Below are positions 11,273-21,259 of a stretch of 64,000 bases of DNA, piece by piece. Position 1 is the stretch's first letter. Every line of letters starts with the position of its first letter. The stretch comes from Gammaproteobacteria bacterium (GTDB lineage Bacteria; Pseudomonadota; Gammaproteobacteria; UBA6186; Azoamicaceae), in NCBI GenBank assembly GCA_018061325.1, contig JAGOUJ010000001.1:654-64653 (forward strand), given 5' to 3'. The position numbers and the translations under genes were made by a program. The notes beneath the pieces were generated by a model. It was given only the letters and a program-made list of their open reading frames with translations, made no database searches and was not told where the DNA came from.

Positions 11273-12268
11273 ATGCAGCAGCGAGCGCTAAAAGATTTTT
11301 TAAAGCCACGATTAGTGGATGTTCAGCAGCTTGGCTATCATCGTGCCCGGGTTGTCTTAGAGCCGTTGGAGCGTGGTTTTGGTCATACCTTAGGCAATGC
11401 CCTAAGACGCGTTTTATTATCGTCGATGTCTGGTTGTGCCGTAGTGGAGGCCTCCATCGAAGGTGTCTTGCATGAATACACAGCCAAAGAGGGTGTGCAA
11501 GAAGATGTTGTGAATATTCTATTAAACCTTAAGGGTATTCAATTCAAATTAGAAGGTCGCGATAATGTTGAACTGACATTGAGTAAACAGGGCGCAGGTC
11601 CTGTGTTGGCCTCCGATATTACCTTGCCACATGATGTAATCATTGTGAATCCTAATCATGTGATTGCGCATATGACTAAGGCAGGTCAGCTTGATATGAC
11701 CCTGCGTGTAGCCCGTGGTCGTGGTTATGAACCTGCCACGAGCCGCCAAAAAGATCCGGAAGAGACCACGCAAGAGATTGGTTGGTTACCGCTCGATGCC
11801 TCTTTTAGTCCAGTGCATCGCGTCACCTATACGGTAGAAAATGCGCGTGTAGAAAAGCGTACCGATCTCGATCGCTTGATTTTAGAACTTGAAACCAATG
11901 GTACGGTCCAGCCTGAAGAAGCCATTCGTTTAGCGGCTTCTATTTTGGTTGATCAGCTTTCTGTTTTTGTAGAGCTTAAGGGCGAGCAGCAGACTGAATT
12001 ACTACCCAGCAACGCCGAGATCGATCCGCTGCTGATGCGTTGTGTGGATGATTTAGAATTAACCGTGCGTTCTGCTAATTGCTTGAAAGCAGAGAATATC
12101 TACTACATCGGTGATCTGATTCAAAAAACCGAAGTAGAGTTATTAAAGACGCCGAATTTAGGGAAAAAATCTTTAACAGAGATCAAGGATGTCTTGGCTG
12201 TGAAAGGGTTGAGTTTGGGTATGCGTCTTGAAGGTTGGCCGCCAGAAGGGTTAGAACCAGAAAAGTAG
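11273..12268 (+). CDS. rpoA: DNA-directed RNA polymerase subunit alpha
   Basis: 331 aa. [17 protein letters not shown] motif and C-terminal domain ([12 protein letters not shown]). Confidence 0.97.
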   Translation: MQQRALKDFLKPRLVDVQQLGYHRARVVLEPLERGFGHTLGNALRRVLLSSMSGCAVVEASIEGVLHEYTAKEGVQEDVVNILLNLKGIQFKLEGRDNVELTLSKQGAGPVLASDITLPHDVIIVNPNHVIAHMTKAGQLDMTLRVARGRGYEPATSRQKDPEETTQEIGWLPLDASFSPVHRVTYTVENARVEKRTDLDRLILELETNGTVQPEEAIRLAASILVDQLSVFVELKGEQQTELLPSNAEIDPLLMRCVDDLELTVRSANCLKAENIYYIGDLIQKTEVELLKTPNLGKKSLTEIKDVLAVKGLSLGMRLEGWPPEGLEPEK

Positions 12269-12292
12269 CAGAATAATAAAGAGGTTTTCAAC

Positions 12293-12652
12293 ATGCGTCA
12301 TCGCAAAGTAGGCAGACGATTTAGTCGAACATCCAGTCATCGTAAGGCTATGTTTCAGAATATGATTAATTCTGTGCTACGTCATGGCATGATTAAAACA
12401 ACCTTACCTAAAGCGAAGGACTTACGGCGTTTGCTGGAGCCCTTGGTAACCTTAGCCAAAGAAGATAGCGTGGCCAAACGTCGTTTAGCTTTTGCTAGAT
12501 TGCGCGATAAGGAAATGGTGGCCAAGCTTTTTGCACAGTGGGGACCTCAGTTTAAGGAACGTCCAGGCGGGTATTTGAGAATTTTAAAATGCGGCCAGCG
12601 TTCAGGCGATGCAGCACCCATGGCTGTGGTGAGTTTTGTAGCGTGTGCTTAA
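12293..12652 (+). CDS. rplQ: 50S ribosomal protein L17
   Basis: 119 aa. [21 protein letters not shown]-terminus. Confidence 0.96.
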   Translation: MRHRKVGRRFSRTSSHRKAMFQNMINSVLRHGMIKTTLPKAKDLRRLLEPLVTLAKEDSVAKRRLAFARLRDKEMVAKLFAQWGPQFKERPGGYLRILKCGQRSGDAAPMAVVSFVACA

Positions 12653-12685
12653 TGGTGCTATTACCTAAAAATATTTTTTAGAACA

Positions 12686-12712
12686 AGCCGGGCCTTTGCC
12701 CGGCTTTTTTTT
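12686..12712 (+). terminator. Rho-independent terminator after rplQ
   Basis: Stem AGCCGGGC, loop CTTT, stem GCCCGGCT, followed by a T-run. Confidence 0.8.
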
Positions 12713-12723
12713 GTGAGATTTTC

Positions 12724-14286
12724 ATGGAACATCGCACAACACTGTCTTTTGGTCGCATCAGAAGTTTTCTGTGGCCGATTCATTGTTACGAATATAAGAA
12801 GCTATTTCCTATATTAATCTTATTTTTCCTTATATCTTTTGTGTACAACATCTTACGTTGTATGAAAGTGACCTTGGTGGTGACTGCCGAAGGATCCAGT
12901 GCAGAGGTGATCCCTTTTCTAAAAGTATGGGCTGTATTACCCAGTGCTGTCCTGCTTACCTATGTTTATACCAAATTATCCAACCGTCTCAATAGAGAAC
13001 AGGTTTTTTATGCGATGCTGGCTATTTTCTTAGGATTTTTTACGCTGTTTATGGTCTTTTTACATCCGCATCGAGAGGCCTTAGAGTTAAAAGAATTGTC
13101 AGACTTTTTAAGTCAGCAACTACCAGAAAGACTCAATGGCTTAAAAGGATTGCTTATTATTATACGTCATTGGCATTTATCTTTATTTTATGTGCTATCA
13201 GAACTATGGAGTGCGGTGGTTTTATCCATGTTGTTTTGGGGCTTTGCCAATGAAATTACAACGATTGATGAAGCCAAACGATTTTATGCGATTTTTGCCC
13301 TGGGTGCTAATAGTTCGGGTATTTTATCGGGACAGTGTGCACAGTGGCTAACCTTGGATCATTACCACCCGGCATTGCCTTTTGGTACAGTCGCATGGGA
13401 ACAATCCTTAATCTTACAATTGGCTTTGGTGTTAGTGATGGGGTTTGCGATTATTGGCTTATTTTACTGGGTCAATCGTCGACTAATCGTTACGCAACCA
13501 GACAGTAAGCCCCTTGCAGCACAACCTGAAAGTGGCGAAAAACTATCTTTGTGGGCCTGCTTAAAGGCATTGGTTTCTTCGCCTTATATGTTATATATCG
13601 CTATTTTAGTGGTCGCCTATAATATTGTTTACAATCTATCGGATGTTTTGTGGACAGAGCAAATACGTGCACGTTATCCCGATGCCAGCGATTTTAATGC
13701 CTATATTAATAGCATTGCTTCAATCACGGGTGTGTTTGCGACGATCGCCGCATTGCTACTATCGGGCAATGTGATTCGCTTTTATGGATGGACGGCCACC
13801 GCATTAATCACACCTATTTTATGGCTTGTAACCAGTGTGGGATTCTTAGGGTGTTTGCTTGGTACACAGTATGGGCTGTTTTCAGATTATATGTTGGGTT
13901 TTCTAGGGGTTCCGCTGAGTACTTTAGCTTTGTTTTGTGGGTCTGCACAGATCTGTTTGGGTAGGGCTGCCAAATATACTGTCTTTGATGAATCGAAAGA
14001 GATAGCCTTTATTCCACTGAGTCAGGCGGAACAACGTAAAGGTAAGGCTGTGGTTGATGGGATTGCTTCGCGTCTGGGTAAATCGGGAGGATCCTTTATG
14101 ATCCAGGCACTGTTGGTGTCTTATGGAACCTTAGCCTTAACGATTCCGGCCATCAGTGTTATTTTTGTGCTGATGATCGCATTATGGATCTTGGCTGTGT
14201 TGCGTCTGGGACGTATGGCCAGCAGAAAGATTGATCGTACGATGGCACAGCCAACTTCGGAAAAGGTTATTTATGCAGCATCCTAA
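12724..14286 (+). CDS. tlc: ATP/ADP translocase-type nucleotide transporter (NTT/Tlc family), copy 1
   Basis: 520 aa, polytopic. Family-typical LRCMKVTLVV, EVIPFLKVW, FWGFANEITT..EAKRFY and KGKAVVDGIASRLGKSGG motifs. Confidence 0.88.
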   Translation: MEHRTTLSFGRIRSFLWPIHCYEYKKLFPILILFFLISFVYNILRCMKVTLVVTAEGSSAEVIPFLKVWAVLPSAVLLTYVYTKLSNRLNREQVFYAMLAIFLGFFTLFMVFLHPHREALELKELSDFLSQQLPERLNGLKGLLIIIRHWHLSLFYVLSELWSAVVLSMLFWGFANEITTIDEAKRFYAIFALGANSSGILSGQCAQWLTLDHYHPALPFGTVAWEQSLILQLALVLVMGFAIIGLFYWVNRRLIVTQPDSKPLAAQPESGEKLSLWACLKALVSSPYMLYIAILVVAYNIVYNLSDVLWTEQIRARYPDASDFNAYINSIASITGVFATIAALLLSGNVIRFYGWTATALITPILWLVTSVGFLGCLLGTQYGLFSDYMLGFLGVPLSTLALFCGSAQICLGRAAKYTVFDESKEIAFIPLSQAEQRKGKAVVDGIASRLGKSGGSFMIQALLVSYGTLALTIPAISVIFVLMIALWILAVLRLGRMASRKIDRTMAQPTSEKVIYAAS

Positions 14287-15787
14287 TTCAGTACCCTTTT
14301 CTAGATTGCGGAATTTCTTTTGGCCTATTCATGGCTATGAGCACAAAAAGCTTGTGCCTATGCTACTGTTATTTTTCTTAATCTCCTTTATTTACAACCT
14401 CTTACGGTGTATGAAAGTAACTTTGGTTGTGACTTCCCAGGGGTCAGGTGCCGAAGTGATTCCTTTCTTAAAAGTGTGGGCTGTATTACCCTGTGCAGTC
14501 TTTTTAACCTATCTCTATACAAAACTGTCCCAGCATCTTAATCGCGAGCAAGTTTTTTATACGATGATTGCGATATTTCTAGCGTTTTTTACAGTGTTTT
14601 TGTTGGTGTTGTATCCCAATCGAGAGCTCTTAGAGCTCAATACTTTTGCAAACTATCTAGAACAAGTCTTACCCAGCGGTTTTAAAGGACTCATTTCTAT
14701 TATTCGTCATTGGCCCTTAGCCTTATTTTATGTGTTATCCGATCTGTGGAGCGCGGCTGTTTTATCCATGCTGTTTTGGGGTTTTGCCAATGAGGTCACG
14801 ACGGTCAATGAAGCCAAACGATTTTATGCCATTTTTGCTTTGGGGGCCAATTTCTCGGGTATATTCTCAGGACAATTTGCACAGTTTCTCATTTTAGACG
14901 ATTACAATGCATGGTTTCCCTTTGGTCAAAATGCCTGGGAGCAGTCTTTAAATTTACAGCTGGGCCTTGTTTTATGTTTAGGCGTTATGATTATTTTCCT
15001 CTTTCGGTGGGTGAATAAAAAAGTTTTGCCGATGCAGCCCGCTATCAATCTTCATGAACCGCTGGTGGAAGAACCGTTTACGAAGTTTTCCTTAACAGAA
15101 TGTTTTAGGTATATCTCAAAATCACGGTATATGCTTTATATCGCAATTGTGGTGGTCTCCTACAATATTGTGTACAACTTGGCCGATGTCTTATGGACTG
15201 CGCAAGTGAAGCAGCGTTATCCCGATGCCTCGGATTTTAATGCCTATATGAACGATATTGTTTCTGTGGTGGGTGTTTTTGCAACGGTCTCAAGCTTGTT
15301 TTTATCGGGTAATGTCATTCGACGTTATGGTTGGACGGTGACAGCGATGATTACGCCTTGCATTCTGCTCGTAACAGGCATTGGATTTTTTGGTTGTATG
15401 CTGTTTGAAACCAGTCCCTATTTGAGCGATTGTCTCTTTGCCTTATTTCAGACACCGGTGATTAATTTAGTACTTCTTTTTGGTTCTGCGCAAATGTGTT
15501 TGGGTAGAGCTGCAAAATATACCGTGTTTGATGAAACCAAAGAGATCGCTTTTATCCCTTTACCCAAAGCAGAACAACGTAAGGGTAAGGCCGTGGTCGA
15601 TGGTATTGCTTCGCGTCTGGGTAAATCAGGCGGGTCGCTGACCATACAAATTTTATTGGTCTTGTGTGGCAATTTATTGGCTACAGTGCCTTATATTGCC
15701 GGTATTTTTGTGATCTTTATTGTACTGTGGATTATCGCGGTGCGAAGATTGGGTCATTTGGTGTGGAAATCCATCGATAAAGGCTGA
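14273..15787 (+). CDS. tlc: ATP/ADP translocase-type nucleotide transporter (NTT/Tlc family), copy 2
   Basis: 504 aa from the ATG at 14273, collinear with copy 1 (42/60 identical over the first 60 residues by hand count). Overlaps the copy 1 stop by 14 nt. Confidence 0.87.
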   Translation: MQHPNSVPFSRLRNFFWPIHGYEHKKLVPMLLLFFLISFIYNLLRCMKVTLVVTSQGSGAEVIPFLKVWAVLPCAVFLTYLYTKLSQHLNREQVFYTMIAIFLAFFTVFLLVLYPNRELLELNTFANYLEQVLPSGFKGLISIIRHWPLALFYVLSDLWSAAVLSMLFWGFANEVTTVNEAKRFYAIFALGANFSGIFSGQFAQFLILDDYNAWFPFGQNAWEQSLNLQLGLVLCLGVMIIFLFRWVNKKVLPMQPAINLHEPLVEEPFTKFSLTECFRYISKSRYMLYIAIVVVSYNIVYNLADVLWTAQVKQRYPDASDFNAYMNDIVSVVGVFATVSSLFLSGNVIRRYGWTVTAMITPCILLVTGIGFFGCMLFETSPYLSDCLFALFQTPVINLVLLFGSAQMCLGRAAKYTVFDETKEIAFIPLPKAEQRKGKAVVDGIASRLGKSGGSLTIQILLVLCGNLLATVPYIAGIFVIFIVLWIIAVRRLGHLVWKSIDKG

Positions 15788-15878
15788 TGATATAATCAGT
15801 TTTCAGATGGGTGGTTATGTTCTAGGGACTGCGATATAATGGAGCTCTTTAGATTAGAACAAGAGGTACGTCTTAGAG

Positions 15879-16133
15879 ATGGTTGTAGTTCGTTTAGCAA
15901 GGGGCGGCGCTAAAAAGCGGCCGTTTTATCATATTGTTGCAACCGACAAGCGTAATCGTCGGGATGCAGGTAATACGCTAGAGCGTTTGGGCTATTTTAA
16001 TCCTATTGCCCGTGGTCAAGAGATGAGAGTGCATGTGAATCGAGCACGCATTCAGCACTGGCAGGCTATGGGTGCCCAATTATCTCAGCGGGTTTCAGCA
16101 TTGTTGTTAGAATGGGACAAGAAGGGATCCTAA
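15879..16133 (+). CDS. rpsP: 30S ribosomal protein S16
   Basis: 84 aa. [21 protein letters not shown]-terminus. Confidence 0.95.
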   Translation: MVVVRLARGGAKKRPFYHIVATDKRNRRDAGNTLERLGYFNPIARGQEMRVHVNRARIQHWQAMGAQLSQRVSALLLEWDKKGS

Positions 16134-16141
16134 GGGAGCCC

Positions 16142-16672
16142 ATGGTCGTACTGGGGCGTATAGGCGCACCTTATGGCATCAAGGGGTGGGTACACGTACA
16201 GTCTTATACCCAGCCTGTTTCTAATATTTTGCGCTATAAAACCTGGCACATACTAGAACAGGGGGTTCAAACGCCTCTGCATGTGTTGCAAGGTCGTAGC
16301 CTGGCAAAGGGTTGTGTGGTGGCTTTGGAAGGCTATGAGAATCCAGAGCTTGCAGGGCAACTGAGGCATGCAATGGTGGGCGTACCCCGTGGTAGCTTGC
16401 CTGCCCTAGAGGAAGGTGTTTATTATTGGGCCGATTTGATTGGGATGCAGGTACATAACCAAGCGCTCGATCCTGCGGCACAAAGTATCGGTCGGGTGAA
16501 GGAAGTTTTTGAAGCGGGTGCCAATGATGTATTGGTCGTTGAGCCTTTAGAAGGGGTACTTTCATCAAAGACCACAAAGACGGTTTTAATACCCTTTGTG
16601 ATGGAGTCTGTGATCACAGGGGTTGATCAAGAAGCGCGATGGATTCGTCTTTGCTGGGATGAATGGTTTTAG
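16142..16672 (+). CDS. rimM: 16S rRNA processing protein RimM
   Basis: [17 protein letters not shown]-terminus. Position between rpsP and trmD. The alternative start at 16112 would overlap rpsP. Confidence 0.9.
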   Translation: MVVLGRIGAPYGIKGWVHVQSYTQPVSNILRYKTWHILEQGVQTPLHVLQGRSLAKGCVVALEGYENPELAGQLRHAMVGVPRGSLPALEEGVYYWADLIGMQVHNQALDPAAQSIGRVKEVFEAGANDVLVVEPLEGVLSSKTTKTVLIPFVMESVITGVDQEARWIRLCWDEWF

Positions 16673-16674
16673 TG

Positions 16675-17436
16675 ATGCACTGTGGCATTGTTAGTTTATT
16701 TCCGCAGATGTTTAAGGCTCTCACCGATTATGGCATCACAGGTAGAGCAGTTGAACGGGGTCATTTAGAGATTGCGCTCTGGGATCCCAGAGATTTTAGT
16801 CAGGACCCGTATCGTCGTGTCGACGATAGACCCTATGGGGGTGGGCCTGGGATGGTGATGAGTATCTATCCTTTACGTCATGCCATTCAAGCGGCCAAGC
16901 AGGCTGCAGGAGGGGCAGCCAAGGTGATTTATATGTCACCTCAGGGTGAGCGTTTGAGCCAGACAAAGATACGGCAGGTCGTTCAGCAGGCCGAGCCCTT
17001 AGTGTTTGTGGCAGGGCGTTATGAAGGTGTAGACGAGCGATTATTGGACTTAGAGGTAGACGAAGAATGGTCTATCGGGGATTATGTGCTCAGTGGTGGC
17101 GAATTGGCTGTGATGGTAGCGATTGATGCCATGGCACGGTGGATTCCAGGGGTTTTAGGACATGGAGCCTCTGCCGCACAGGATTCTTTTTCAGAGGGTT
17201 TATTGGATTGTCCCCATTATACCCGACCCGAACACAGCGATGGTTTGGCAGTGCCTGCGGTGTTATTAGAAGGCGACCATCAGGCGATTGCACGTTGGCG
17301 TCTCAAACAGCAATTGGGGAGAACCTGGTTAAGACGGCCCGATTTATTAGAGCGCGATTTAAGCGCAGAAGAGACGGATTTATTGCAGGCATTTGTGGAT
17401 GAATATCACAGTGAATTTCAGAGGAGTGTAAAATGA
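16675..17436 (+). CDS. trmD: tRNA (guanine37-N1)-methyltransferase
   Basis: [22 protein letters not shown] motif. Start chosen at the ATG at 16675 by comparison with TrmD N-termini. Confidence 0.94.
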   Translation: MHCGIVSLFPQMFKALTDYGITGRAVERGHLEIALWDPRDFSQDPYRRVDDRPYGGGPGMVMSIYPLRHAIQAAKQAAGGAAKVIYMSPQGERLSQTKIRQVVQQAEPLVFVAGRYEGVDERLLDLEVDEEWSIGDYVLSGGELAVMVAIDAMARWIPGVLGHGASAAQDSFSEGLLDCPHYTRPEHSDGLAVPAVLLEGDHQAIARWRLKQQLGRTWLRRPDLLERDLSAEETDLLQAFVDEYHSEFQRSVK

Positions 17437-17840
17437 GTACCATTATTCAACAGATTGAAGAAGCGCAATTACGTACGGATCTACCGACGTTTAGACCAGG
17501 TGACACCGTGGTGGTGCGAATCGTTGTCAAAGAAGGTACTCGTAAGCGTACACAGGCCTATGAAGGCGTTGTGATTGCAATCCGTAATAGAGGACTTAAT
17601 TCTGCTTTTACGGTACGTAAAATTTCTCATGGTGAAGGTGTAGAGCGCGTATTTCAGCGTCATAGCCCTGCGATTGAAGGGATCGATATTAAGCGTCGCG
17701 GACAGGTACGCAAAGCCAAACTTTATTATTTAAGAGGACTGACTGGTAAGAGCGCCCGTATCAAAGAGCGCTTACATCAATCATTTCCTGATCTACGTAC
17801 AGCAACGCCCATTGTAGCGCCGACCACTGTAGGCGAATAA
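17433..17840 (+). CDS. rplS: 50S ribosomal protein L19
   Basis: 135 aa. FRPGDTVVV...[11 protein letters not shown] motif. 4-nt overlap with trmD. Confidence 0.95.
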   Translation: MSTIIQQIEEAQLRTDLPTFRPGDTVVVRIVVKEGTRKRTQAYEGVVIAIRNRGLNSAFTVRKISHGEGVERVFQRHSPAIEGIDIKRRGQVRKAKLYYLRGLTGKSARIKERLHQSFPDLRTATPIVAPTTVGE

Positions 17841-17924
17841 ACGAACGCTTCCTTCAATTTAGTATATGATACAGAGAGGGTGTTTATTAACAGGTATTGT
17901 ATTCGTTCAGAGGGAGTGTAAAGG

Positions 17925-18710
17925 ATGAGGCAGTGGCTTGGCGTTTGCGTGTTATCGATAGTCTTTGGTCAGGCTATAGCAGAATCGCATCAGCACCATC
18001 ATAAAAAAGAAAAAGGCTCTTGCCATGTCTCAGACAGTGCTAGGGAGAAGATCCGCAGCCAGGTCGAAACAATATTACCCGATCAACCCATCGATAAGTT
18101 AAGCGCCAGTCCTTTGTCAGGATTGTGTGAGGTTCATGCAGGTAATATAGTCTTTTATGCCAGCCAAGATGGTCAGTATTTGTTCATGGGCGATATATTG
18201 GATGTGAGTAGAAGCCCTGACGATCGCAGTCTAACAGAAGTGAGCCGTCGTGCTTCGCGTGCTGTTTTATTTCAGTCCCTCAAAGGTCATACCCTTGCAC
18301 GTTATATGCCTAAGAAGGTCAAAGGTGTACTCACGGTTTATACCGATCCCGATTGTGGCTATTGCAGAAAACTGCATGAAGAAATACCTGCTTTAATGGA
18401 TCTTGGGATCCAAGTTAATTATTTGGCCTTTCCTAGACAAGGTGTTGGTTCACCAACTTATAATAAGTTAGTAGGGGTTGAGTGTGCGACCGATCAAGAG
18501 AGCGCCATGGATAAAGTGATGAAAGATGAGAGTGTTCCTTCAGGTACTTGTAAGAACAAGGTCGAAGAAGCGTATAAGATCGGTCAAAGACTCGGTATCA
18601 ATGGTACGCCCTCCATGGTTTTCTCGGATGGGACCTTATCCATTGGTTATAGACCTGCTCAGGAACTGGCCGACTTGGCGATAAAGCACTATCAAACCCC
18701 CTTAAAATAA
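17925..18710 (+). CDS. dsbC: Thiol:disulfide interchange protein, DsbC/DsbG family
   Basis: Signal peptide. CGYC active site in YTDPDCGYCRKLH. cis-Pro loop region INGTPSMVF. Confidence 0.82.
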   Translation: MRQWLGVCVLSIVFGQAIAESHQHHHKKEKGSCHVSDSAREKIRSQVETILPDQPIDKLSASPLSGLCEVHAGNIVFYASQDGQYLFMGDILDVSRSPDDRSLTEVSRRASRAVLFQSLKGHTLARYMPKKVKGVLTVYTDPDCGYCRKLHEEIPALMDLGIQVNYLAFPRQGVGSPTYNKLVGVECATDQESAMDKVMKDESVPSGTCKNKVEEAYKIGQRLGINGTPSMVFSDGTLSIGYRPAQELADLAIKHYQTPLK

Positions 18711-18722
18711 GATCGTAAAGGA

Positions 18723-19676
18723 GTGTCCTTTGTGCGTGTAATGATTGCCGATCAAGACGCTGCTTATCGACACATCTTGGTGCAGCAGCTGCAAAAAGAG
18801 GGGCATACGGTTCAAGAAGCACTCATGGGTCGGGAAGTTGTAGAGCAGTGTCGTAAAAAATGTCCTGACCTTATTTTTATGGATGCACAGTTATCGGATC
18901 TATCCGCCATCGATAGTGTGCAACAAGTGCGTCAGACGGGGGGGCATGCTTTATGGGTGCCTATCGTTTTGATGGGGCGTGCATGGACAGCGGAAGCTAT
19001 GCAAAAGGGTATCGAAGCGGGTGCCGATGATATTTTAGAAAAACCCTTAACGGGGTCTCAGCTACAGTTAAGGATCAATGCCGCAGCACGACTCTTCGAC
19101 CTCAAACAAGAAGTTTTTAAAGTTGCGCATGAGTTAGTGGTTGAAAATCGCTCTTTACAAAATGTGATGACCAAAGATCTGCTCACAGGTCTGAATAATT
19201 CAAATCATTTCGAGCACACATTGGTGGAGGCATGGTCTGCAGCCAAGCAGGCTAAAAAACCTTTATCGCTTATTTTGCTGAATGTGGATTTTTTCCAATC
19301 CTATAATCAGGCCTATGGTGCACCTGTGGGTGATGAAGCATTGAAGAAAGTAGCAGAGGCGCTTAAACAACAGTTGCCGCCCTATGGTTTTTTGGCACGC
19401 ACCACGGGTGACACCTTTGCTGTCATATTGTCTAATACGGATAAAGATCAGGCTTTTGTGGTGGGTCAGGCACTACGTACCAGGGTGGGTGCCTTAACAA
19501 TACCTCATGCGCGTTCAGGGTGCGATCAATACTTAAGTATGAGTTTTGGGGTTGCCACTGTGAATCATGATCAACAGTATGCGAGTGCGGCCGACTTAAA
19601 AGACGCAGCTGATTTTGGTTTATACCAAGCGAAGCATCATGGTCGTAATCGTGGTTATGCTGCTGTGGCTATTTAA
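18723..19676 (+). CDS. Response-regulator receiver domain fused to a degenerate GGDEF domain
   Basis: REC features are present (DLIFMD, EKPL). The GGDEF-domain scaffold is present (DLLTGL, GDEAL, LYQAKHHGRNR), but the signature reads TGDTF at nt 19404-19418. Confidence 0.8.
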   Translation: MSFVRVMIADQDAAYRHILVQQLQKEGHTVQEALMGREVVEQCRKKCPDLIFMDAQLSDLSAIDSVQQVRQTGGHALWVPIVLMGRAWTAEAMQKGIEAGADDILEKPLTGSQLQLRINAAARLFDLKQEVFKVAHELVVENRSLQNVMTKDLLTGLNNSNHFEHTLVEAWSAAKQAKKPLSLILLNVDFFQSYNQAYGAPVGDEALKKVAEALKQQLPPYGFLARTTGDTFAVILSNTDKDQAFVVGQALRTRVGALTIPHARSGCDQYLSMSFGVATVNHDQQYASAADLKDAADFGLYQAKHHGRNRGYAAVAI

Positions 19677-19687
19677 TGTTCATGTGT

Positions 19688-20329
19688 TTAATGGATCCAC
19701 ACCAAGGTGCCGACGGGTACCGAATTAAATAAACGAATCACATCGTCTGCACGCATATGCACACAACCTTTAGTACTGGGTGCGCCCAGTTTCCACTCCA
19801 TGGTGGTCCCATGAATATAAACCGCTCTTTGTGCTGTATCTACAATGCGGCCCCTGTTGTCTCGTCCTCGATTAAAACCAGGTTGTAGACCTTCTAAGCG
19901 CAGAATTCTTGTCGACACATAGTCTTTCAAGTGTTGATGTCGAGGTTTGCGTTGCCACACACCTATAAATTGTCTGCGGTGAAAAATGCCATAGTGTGGG
20001 ATCCCTTCACCAATTTTCTCATTAATCCGATGTAAACCTTGCGGTGTTTGGAAAGTATCCACTTTTTGTCCAGGTCCACGCTTGCTCGTCGAAATCGTAT
20101 ACATTTGTTGGATCTGATTGCCATGGATAAGGGCTAGTGTTTGTTTTTTAATATCCACCACCACGATATGCTCAGTTGGTTGCACGCCCATCCGAGAAAT
20201 ATGTGTACGTACATCTTCGAGTGGGACAGCAGAGACTTGCGATCCCGTACCGCAGGCAGTACTGCTTAGACAGAAAAGTAGAAGGGTAATGATTTTTGTA
20301 ATAAGCATGTTTGTGATCATAGCATGCAC
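19688..20329 (-). CDS. L,D-transpeptidase (YkuD domain) lipoprotein
   Basis: Lipobox LSSTAC. Catalytic YIHGT...STKGCVHM motif. Confidence 0.82.
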   Translation of the reverse strand: MHAMITNMLITKIITLLLFCLSSTACGTGSQVSAVPLEDVRTHISRMGVQPTEHIVVVDIKKQTLALIHGNQIQQMYTISTSKRGPGQKVDTFQTPQGLHRINEKIGEGIPHYGIFHRRQFIGVWQRKPRHQHLKDYVSTRILRLEGLQPGFNRGRDNRGRIVDTAQRAVYIHGTTMEWKLGAPSTKGCVHMRADDVIRLFNSVPVGTLVWIH

Positions 20330-20435
20330 TTAAAACTTTATGCCAAGTTCTGCAAGTGTTTTTGGGGGGCGAACCTTCGTGGTGAATACTGGAGGATTTA
20401 GTGTAAACCCTCCAGTATCTACAGATTCAATCTAT

Positions 20436-20801
20436 TTAGCGTACAAAAGTCTTGGCTGCTTGGATGATTTCCTGCAGATGTTCTTCTGCTTGGTCTTCTT
20501 GCCCATTTTCCACAACAGCTTTAGCAGCTATCCATCTTAGACTGTTAGAGGTTCCATATCGCTTAGCAGAGATTTCAGCAGCTTTTGAGGCTAAAGCCTC
20601 TTTAAAGGCTGGCAAAAGATTCATTCCAGCTTTTTTAAAATGAGGCCCTGGAAAGTGTTTGGCTACATCTTTTTCTTGAGATTGTATGGAGATCCACGAC
20701 AACTTTTCAGCTAATTCCTCAGCTCCGCCTACGGCAAAAATAGCAGCTCTATCTGTAACGTGATAGGGATGATTTTCCAAATTTGCATAAAATTCTCTCA
20801 T
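20436..20801 (-). CDS. Hypothetical protein
   Basis: 121-aa ORF with a GGAG-type SD-like purine run upstream. No family recognised. Confidence 0.45.
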   Translation of the reverse strand: MREFYANLENHPYHVTDRAAIFAVGGAEELAEKLSWISIQSQEKDVAKHFPGPHFKKAGMNLLPAFKEALASKAAEISAKRYGTSNSLRWIAAKAVVENGQEDQAEEHLQEIIQAAKTFVR

Positions 20802-21259
20802 GGTTTCTTCTCCTTTATTCGTTATTGTTATCTATGATGTAGCAGGGTTCATGCTAACAAAAAATAGTTTAGTTGGCAAACATTTTTTCAAGGTACACTA
20901 ATGAGAGAATATGCACGATAAAGCATTTTTGGCGTGCAATAAATGAACGTTTTTCCTAAGTTTTTTCGCTGTGATGCTTTCTCCAGAAAGTAGGCTATTG
21001 ACGAATATTTTTTATGTGCTTTGGATGAGTAGCTTGGCCTTGGTATGGTTCATCGTAGTATCCCTGTTTTTTACAAGTCCAGTGGAGGTCGACACATGCG
21101 CAGGTATAAACATTGATTAGAACGTATTACGGGAGCAGTTTTAATAGCCTTAGCATTCGGCAAAACATATTTGACGAGCTACTAGGACTGCGGGCAGCAT
21201 CCTGACCTAGACAGGCTGTATGAAAGCTGAAAGAATGGTTTTTCCAGGGGAGTGGTGCC

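Noticed and set aside
11266-11475. 69-aa ORF overlapping the rpoA start in another frame
   Set aside because: Overlaps the conserved rpoA coding sequence. It is Cys/Trp-rich with a nonsense-like composition.
14231-14272. Upstream start for the second nucleotide transporter
   Set aside because: Alignment with copy 1 (MEHRTTLSFGRIRSF versus MQHPNSVPFSRLRNF) supports the ATG at 14273.
15791-15840. Two TATAAT hexamers upstream of rpsP as annotated promoters
   Set aside because: The -35 regions are weak (TGGTTA, 3/6, for the second). The support is not enough for a feature call, so they are mentioned only as context.
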